NCBI GenBank assembly: GCA_025462785.1
Contig: JAOAPG010000327.1
Location: 1-49,793, forward strand
Reading direction: 5' to 3'
DNA length: 49,793 nucleotides
From: Acidobacteriaceae bacterium
GTDB taxonomy: Bacteria; Acidobacteriota; Terriglobia; Terriglobales; Acidobacteriaceae
The position numbers and the translations under genes are program-made. The notes under the pieces are model-generated. The model searched no databases and had not been told where the DNA came from. It saw only the letters and a list, made by a program, of their open reading frames with translations. Numbering within the stretch: the stretch's first letter is position 1; the number at the start of each line of letters is the position of its first letter. Shown here piece by piece: positions 45,128-49,793 of this stretch.

Positions 45128-45685
45128 TTACGGCCACACATGACAGGTTTTGCATTCTGTTTGTGCTTGATTCTTTTGGTGGCAGCTTAAACAGCTAAAC
45201 ATTGTTGTTGTACTGGTCGCCTCAACCATGCGATCTACGTGTGTTATCTCTCCGTGACAGGCTTCACACTTCTTTCCGGCCTCCAGATGCTTGCGATGTG
45301 TCCAACGCAGACCTGGCGTTAGCGTGTAAACGCGCACCCACGGGATTGGTTGTTTGGAACGCGACAATTCAGCCACTTTTTGGATTGCGGGCTTATCCTT
45401 TGCGATGACGCGGTGGCATCCCATGCAAGTGCTCGCCCATGGGAGTGTCATCAACACGCCGGGAGCTGGATTGGTGTGGCAATATTCGCAGTTCACTCCC
45501 TGCTCGGAATGGAGTTTGTGACTGAAGGGAATTGGTTGCTCGGGTGGCTGCGGTGCTAAGGGATTGTTCGGCACTTCCTGACGCACAGATCGTGGATTGG
45601 TGTCGTCATCGGATAGAAGACCGGTTGGACCAAGAAGCAGTATTCCCGCGATTAGTACGACGACTGCCTTATTGATTTGGCCCAC
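45128..45685 (-). CDS. membrane-anchored pentaheme c-type cytochrome (cytochrome c3 / ActA-like family)
   Basis: Five CxxCH motifs (CEYCH, CMGCH, CEACH, CLSCH, CKTCH), an N-terminal TM segment AVVVLIAGILLLGP, and FSHKLH preceding heme 1. GTG start with AGGGG upstream. Confidence 0.85.
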   Translation of the reverse strand: MGQINKAVVVLIAGILLLGPTGLLSDDDTNPRSVRQEVPNNPLAPQPPEQPIPFSHKLHSEQGVNCEYCHTNPAPGVLMTLPWASTCMGCHRVIAKDKPAIQKVAELSRSKQPIPWVRVYTLTPGLRWTHRKHLEAGKKCEACHGEITHVDRMVEATSTTTMFSCLSCHQKNQAQTECKTCHVWP

Positions 45686-45729
45686 GAACGCCCCTATGTT
45701 CCGCTTCTTCCTTGACTCAGTGCTTCTCT

Positions 45730-47397
45730 TCAGCTTTTCTTCCCTACGACTTGGTCAATGCTCGTTCCAAAATCCTTGAGCATTACAGTTGCGGCATTTC
45801 GACCGGGCGCTCCCGTTACAGATCCGCCTGGGAAAGTGGTTGCTCCGGTCTGATACAAGCCAGGGATTGGCATTCGATGTTGAGCCCATCCGGGCACCGG
45901 ACGCATGTTGCCAGATTGTGATGGTCCCCATGCACCCGCATGACAACTTCCGTGCCAGTTGTGAGGATTCATCCGCTCGAGGTCCAGCGGACTGTCGACG
46001 ACCCGAGCCAATATTTTTTCATCGGTCAAACTCGGAGAGAAACGCCGCAAGTAACGAAGGCTAGCTTCCGCAACGTGATCTTTGATTGCGTCCCAGTGTT
46101 GCGGACCTTCTTTCAAATCGTAGGGTTGATATCCGACGACCTTCACCGTATGCATGCCTTGCGGCGCTCGGGTGGGGTCCGCAATGGTGCAACAAATAAT
46201 ATGAAGCGGCGGATCATCCAGATTGACAGCGCCGCGTGCGTAGTCGTATCCGAAACGCAGCGCTCGTTCCGGCGAAGCCATAAGGCCAGAATGCACCGGA
46301 CTCAAAGTGCCGCCACTAACCGCGTACTTCGGAGGTTCCGTCGTGGCATAGTTCGTGGCTATCATGGAACATTCGGCTTGCCAACTGTCGACGCCATCGA
46401 CGAAGTCTTGAGTCCATAGCTCGCGCGGCGCCATGTCGACCAGCTGTTTTATATGGATGGTCGACAGCACCGCCTTTTGCGCTCTGTACAAACTGCCGTC
46501 TTCGCACTCGACGCCGGTACACTTGCCGGACTCAATGATGAGTCGAACCACTGGCTTGTTTGGGAGAACAACTCCGCCATGCGCTTCGATATAGCGCGCG
46601 AGCGCTTCAGACAATTGCCCTGACCCTCCCTTCGGAAGGGGACGGCTCCAACGCTGTTGATTGAATGACGAGTAGGCACTACGGCCAGTTACCGGATGAT
46701 CTGGCGGCTGGTTGCTCCATGGACTGGCCAGCATGAATGACCGGCAGTGGTCGTCCTCAAAATTGTCGCGGATGATTTGCCATGCAGACATTGCAAGACG
46801 CCGCTGCCAAAGTTTTCCCTTCGGATGTTCGGCCAGCCGGTCGTTTAGCGGTTTGGCAAATCCAATAGGCGAGAAAGTCGTAGCTTCCAGGAACGGCTTC
46901 ACAGACTCATACTCAGTCAACATGCGCCGGTATGCTGCACCGTCTTTTTTCGAAAACTTCGCGAACTCGGCACAGGTCCGGTCAATATCGCGCCATTGCG
47001 TTAAATAGGTGCCGTCCGGAAAAGGCATGTGAAAGACCGGATCGGGCTGAATGTATTCCAGCCCATAATCTCCCAACTTAAGTTCATCTTCACGTATGAG
47101 CGGGTTATCAAATAACGCGGTGTGTGCTGAAGAGCAAGTATCGTGCAGAAATCCCTTCAATGTTAATTCTGCTGTTTTCACTCCGCCGCCCAGAATTGGA
47201 CGCCCCTCAAGCACAATGCAGCGAAAGCCAGCCTTGGCCAGATAAGCGGCCGCAATCAGACTGTTGTGTCCGGCTCCTGCGACCACGACATCGAAGCGAT
47301 CCGTACTCGGAGTCTGTTGGCCTAGTCCAAATGTCTTCAAGGCTACTGGAGCCAGAGCCGCTCCCTTGACGAAACCGCGGCGTGTCATCGCTGTCAT
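45730..47397 (-). CDS. Tat-signal FAD/NAD(P)-dependent oxidoreductase (phytoene desaturase/CrtI-like family)
   Basis: The MTAMTRRGFVKGAALAPVAL start is twin-arginine-like. FDVVVAGAGHNSLIAAAYLAKAGFRCIVLE is the dinucleotide fold. The C-terminus GLYQTGATTFPGGSVTGAPG is typical of the family. Confidence 0.85.
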   Translation of the reverse strand: MTAMTRRGFVKGAALAPVALKTFGLGQQTPSTDRFDVVVAGAGHNSLIAAAYLAKAGFRCIVLEGRPILGGGVKTAELTLKGFLHDTCSSAHTALFDNPLIREDELKLGDYGLEYIQPDPVFHMPFPDGTYLTQWRDIDRTCAEFAKFSKKDGAAYRRMLTEYESVKPFLEATTFSPIGFAKPLNDRLAEHPKGKLWQRRLAMSAWQIIRDNFEDDHCRSFMLASPWSNQPPDHPVTGRSAYSSFNQQRWSRPLPKGGSGQLSEALARYIEAHGGVVLPNKPVVRLIIESGKCTGVECEDGSLYRAQKAVLSTIHIKQLVDMAPRELWTQDFVDGVDSWQAECSMIATNYATTEPPKYAVSGGTLSPVHSGLMASPERALRFGYDYARGAVNLDDPPLHIICCTIADPTRAPQGMHTVKVVGYQPYDLKEGPQHWDAIKDHVAEASLRYLRRFSPSLTDEKILARVVDSPLDLERMNPHNWHGSCHAGAWGPSQSGNMRPVPGWAQHRMPIPGLYQTGATTFPGGSVTGAPGRNAATVMLKDFGTSIDQVVGKKS

Positions 47398-47423
47398 AAA
47401 GACATCCTGGGTGGAGCGCAATA

Positions 47424-48260
47424 TTACTGGACTGTGGTCTGTTGACTGAACGCCATTATCCATTTGCCGTCGCGCTTGATCCAGACGCGAGTCACATGAA
47501 TTGCCTTTCCCGTCGCGCGTTGATGTTCGGCTTTCATCACGACCGTATCGCCAAAGTCGAACATCTTCGCGGCGACCAATGGAACCGGCGCCGACGGCGA
47601 TCCGTTCTGCTTTTGTTTATCCAGGATCGCCATTCGATCACTCTTCGTGAGCACGTGGTCATTATTATTGTTGACCAACAGGAACTCATCCGCGACATGC
47701 GGAGCCCAACCTTCAGACTCGTGGTTCGTAACTGCGGTCTCGAGCTCTTGCCACGAAGCGATAATGTCTCGCTCGGCTTCGTTCTTTGGAGCGTATGGGA
47801 GGGTTTTGCAAGGGTTTTCGCATTCTCGCGAATCATTCTTAGGCGGCGTGGGCTGCTTCGATAGAATGGTCTCCTGATACGCGAGCAACTTCCATACTGA
47901 CTTTTCATTGACCCAAATACGCACCCCGTGGACTCGATCATGAGAAGTTGTCACAACAGCTACTTGGCCGTATGGGTACGCTCTGGAATCAGTGTTCCCT
48001 TCCTTAGTCATCGGGGCGCTGAGGTCGTCAAGGAATTGTGCCCGCGTCTCTGTTTTTCCTTGCGAGTCCGTCCACGTGAAATCGCTGTCCAGCACAGCTT
48101 CGGCTCGCGCTTTATCCCCCTTTACAAGCGTTTGCTCGAGTGCTTGATCGGCCTGAAGCAGGGCCTTATTCCCCATAATTTCCGATTCAGCGGCTTGGGC
48201 GAGTAAGGATGCAATGAATACAACCGGGAGTACTGCACTAATCAGAACTATTCGCTTCAT
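47424..48260 (-). CDS. secreted protein with two NTF2-like (DUF4440/SnoaL-like) domains
   Basis: Signal MKRIVLISAVLPVVFIASLLAQA. DUF4440-like GDKARAEAVLDSDFTWTDSQGKTETRAQFL, and a second domain ending VWIKRDGKWIMAFSQQT. Paralog of the next gene. Confidence 0.7.
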   Translation of the reverse strand: MKRIVLISAVLPVVFIASLLAQAAESEIMGNKALLQADQALEQTLVKGDKARAEAVLDSDFTWTDSQGKTETRAQFLDDLSAPMTKEGNTDSRAYPYGQVAVVTTSHDRVHGVRIWVNEKSVWKLLAYQETILSKQPTPPKNDSRECENPCKTLPYAPKNEAERDIIASWQELETAVTNHESEGWAPHVADEFLLVNNNNDHVLTKSDRMAILDKQKQNGSPSAPVPLVAAKMFDFGDTVVMKAEHQRATGKAIHVTRVWIKRDGKWIMAFSQQTTVQ

Positions 48261-48287
48261 TGAGTTTTTTCTCGAAGGATCCGAAGA

Positions 48288-49172
48288 TCATTGACTCACC
48301 CGCGTAGAGCGGTCGATCACCGTTTGCTGGCTGTAGACCAATTGCCATCGTCCATCGCGCTTCACCCATATGCGCATGGCTTGATAAGGATTGCCGCCTC
48401 TAGTTGGTTGTTGTTGATCGGACATTACCGCTGTGTCCCCGAATATCCAAACATTCATTGTTCCGGGGATAACGGTTCCGATATCAGTGACAGTCTTACC
48501 TTGAGCTTGCTTCTTGATAATTGCTACGCGGTCCGCCTTTGTGAGCGGATTGCCGTCCTCTTTCACATTAAAAACGAACTCGTCCGCAACGTGAGACGCC
48601 CAACCATTGGCGTCACGATGATTGACCGCGTCTTCAAGCGCTTCCCATGAGGCAACCACGACCTGAGCCTCAGCTGAGGTAGCATCATAAGGAATGCTCT
48701 TGCATGGATTCTCGCAAGATGTTCCCACGGGTACAGTGGCTTGGGTAGTCGCTGTCTTCCCCACGACCACTGTGTCCTGCTGGAGCAGAACTTTCCAGCC
48801 CGGCTGCTCCTTTACCCATACCCTCACAAAACGAATCCTGTCAGAGGAGCTCTGAGCGGTTCCAGTGATATAGACGACGCTCCCGTAATCGTGCGCCTTG
48901 CCATCATAGACGAGCGTTAAGTCGGCCATCTTCTCTAATAACTGAGTTCTGTTCCAGGTTTCCCCCGTTCTGTTTGTCCAGCTGAAGTTCTCATCGAGGA
49001 ATGCGCCGGTTGCAACTTTGTCACCCTTGGAGATGGCTTGGATTAGGGCGTGGTCTTCTGCTGAAACTGAGAGGTCGGCGGCTTCGACTGAAAACGGGAC
49101 TGAGAGAGTTCCTGCGAAAATGCTGGCGATAGCGGCGAGCCGAGCGATTATTTTGCTTGGGAAGTTTGTCAT
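48288..49172 (-). CDS. secreted protein with two NTF2-like (DUF4440/SnoaL-like) domains (paralog)
   Basis: Signal-like IIARLAAIASIFAGTLSVPFSVEA. GDKVATGAFLDENFSWTNRTGETWNRTQLL and IWVKRDGRWQLVYSQQT. Shares the CENPCK(S/T)(I/L)PY linker with 47424..48260. Confidence 0.7.
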   Translation of the reverse strand: MTNFPSKIIARLAAIASIFAGTLSVPFSVEAADLSVSAEDHALIQAISKGDKVATGAFLDENFSWTNRTGETWNRTQLLEKMADLTLVYDGKAHDYGSVVYITGTAQSSSDRIRFVRVWVKEQPGWKVLLQQDTVVVGKTATTQATVPVGTSCENPCKSIPYDATSAEAQVVVASWEALEDAVNHRDANGWASHVADEFVFNVKEDGNPLTKADRVAIIKKQAQGKTVTDIGTVIPGTMNVWIFGDTAVMSDQQQPTRGGNPYQAMRIWVKRDGRWQLVYSQQTVIDRSTRVSQ

Positions 49173-49396
49173 ATATTTCGCATTGAGCCCGTACGTCGCA
49201 GTCGTATGGTCAGACCTCTATACCATATTGCGACCATCAGTTGTCAACAATAATGTCCAAAATTCACCCAGGGCTGGCCGCATCCCGCCAATTACAACTA
49301 ACTTGATTATTTTAGTAGAGTATATTATCTTGACAGTTGACTCCGTGTGATGGTACAGCTGTCAGACCGTAATTTGCATTCTTCCAAAGGGGGTTT

Positions 49397-49793
49397 ATGA
49401 GCACTCGGACAAAAACGATTTTGAACGGAGTTTTTCGGTGGGCTAGCCTCATTGTCGGAATATGTCTGTTGTGTGCCCCGGGAGTCGCCCAAAATTCAAC
49501 TGGCCGTATCCTCGGGAGCGTTACCGATCAGAGCGGAGCCGCGCTGAGCGGAGCGACAATATCAATCACCGACCTCGCGAGAGGAACGACCAGAACTTTG
49601 ACCACGGACGGATCCGGCGAATACGCTGCCCCTGACCTAGTTCCGGGCGCTTATAAAGTTCGTGCAGAAGCCAAAGGATTTAAGAGTGTAGAGCGGCTCA
49701 ACATTGAGTTGGAAGTTGCCAAAGATGCTCGCATCGATTTCTCGCTGCCGGCCGGTGAGGTCGCCGAGACTGTTACTGTCACGGATGAAGTGC
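49397..49793 (+). CDS. TonB-dependent receptor-like protein, CarboxypepD_reg N-terminal domain (5' partial; continues past the window)
   Basis: Signal LIVGICLLCAPGVAQ followed by TGRILGSVTDQSGAALSGATISITDLARGTTRTLTTDGSGEYAAPDLVPGAYKVRAEAKGFK. AGGGGG is the RBS. Confidence 0.8.
   Translation, partial: MSTRTKTILNGVFRWASLIVGICLLCAPGVAQNSTGRILGSVTDQSGAALSGATISITDLARGTTRTLTTDGSGEYAAPDLVPGAYKVRAEAKGFKSVERLNIELEVAKDARIDFSLPAGEVAETVTVTDEV

Noticed and set aside
49219-49247. TTGACA (minus strand, 49247-49242) as a possible -35 element for the NTF2/flavoprotein/cytochrome operon
   Set aside because: The best downstream -10 candidates (TATGGT, GGTATA, TATAGA) have poor spacing (14 or 19 nt) or a poor match. 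Acidobacterial promoter consensus is not well enough known to me to make a call.

Overview
This 49.8-kb window looks like a chromosomal segment from an Acidobacteriota (Terriglobia-like) genome. That origin is inferred from gene content only: an acidobacterial-type VWA protein, a CarboxypepD_reg/TonB-dependent-receptor N-terminus and a FecR/Pro-rich protein. I call about 55 protein-coding genes and found no rRNA, tRNA, CRISPR array, transposase or integrase. Stress and redox functions dominate. They include a 13-14 gene co-directional detoxification array (quinone oxidoreductase, peroxiredoxin, DsbA-like, aldehyde dehydrogenase, FdhA, DJ-1/PfpI, aldo-keto reductase), BON/OsmY-like, HdeD-like, YfdX-like, Hsp20, DnaK, thioredoxin 2, two HisKA_3 histidine kinases, NarL- and OmpR-type response regulators and a Crp/Fnr regulator. 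Four loci look most worth follow-up. (1) An HprK-like kinase plus PF14907-type nucleotidyltransferase operon at 509-3619 with no recognisable RiPP core enzymes. (2) A co-directional cluster at 25.5-29.3 kb pairing a two-component system with an archaeo-eukaryotic release-factor-like protein. (3) A DUF4136-dnaK-small ORF-atypical sigma factor string at 40.1-43.8 kb. (4) A tight four-gene operon at 45.1-49.2 kb encoding two secreted tandem NTF2-like paralogs, a Tat-signal flavoprotein and a membrane-anchored pentaheme cytochrome c. Four otherwise intact-looking genes carry frame disruptions, mostly single-T length changes, which suggests either homopolymer sequencing errors or real gene decay. 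All family assignments come from reading motifs by eye; no searches were run.
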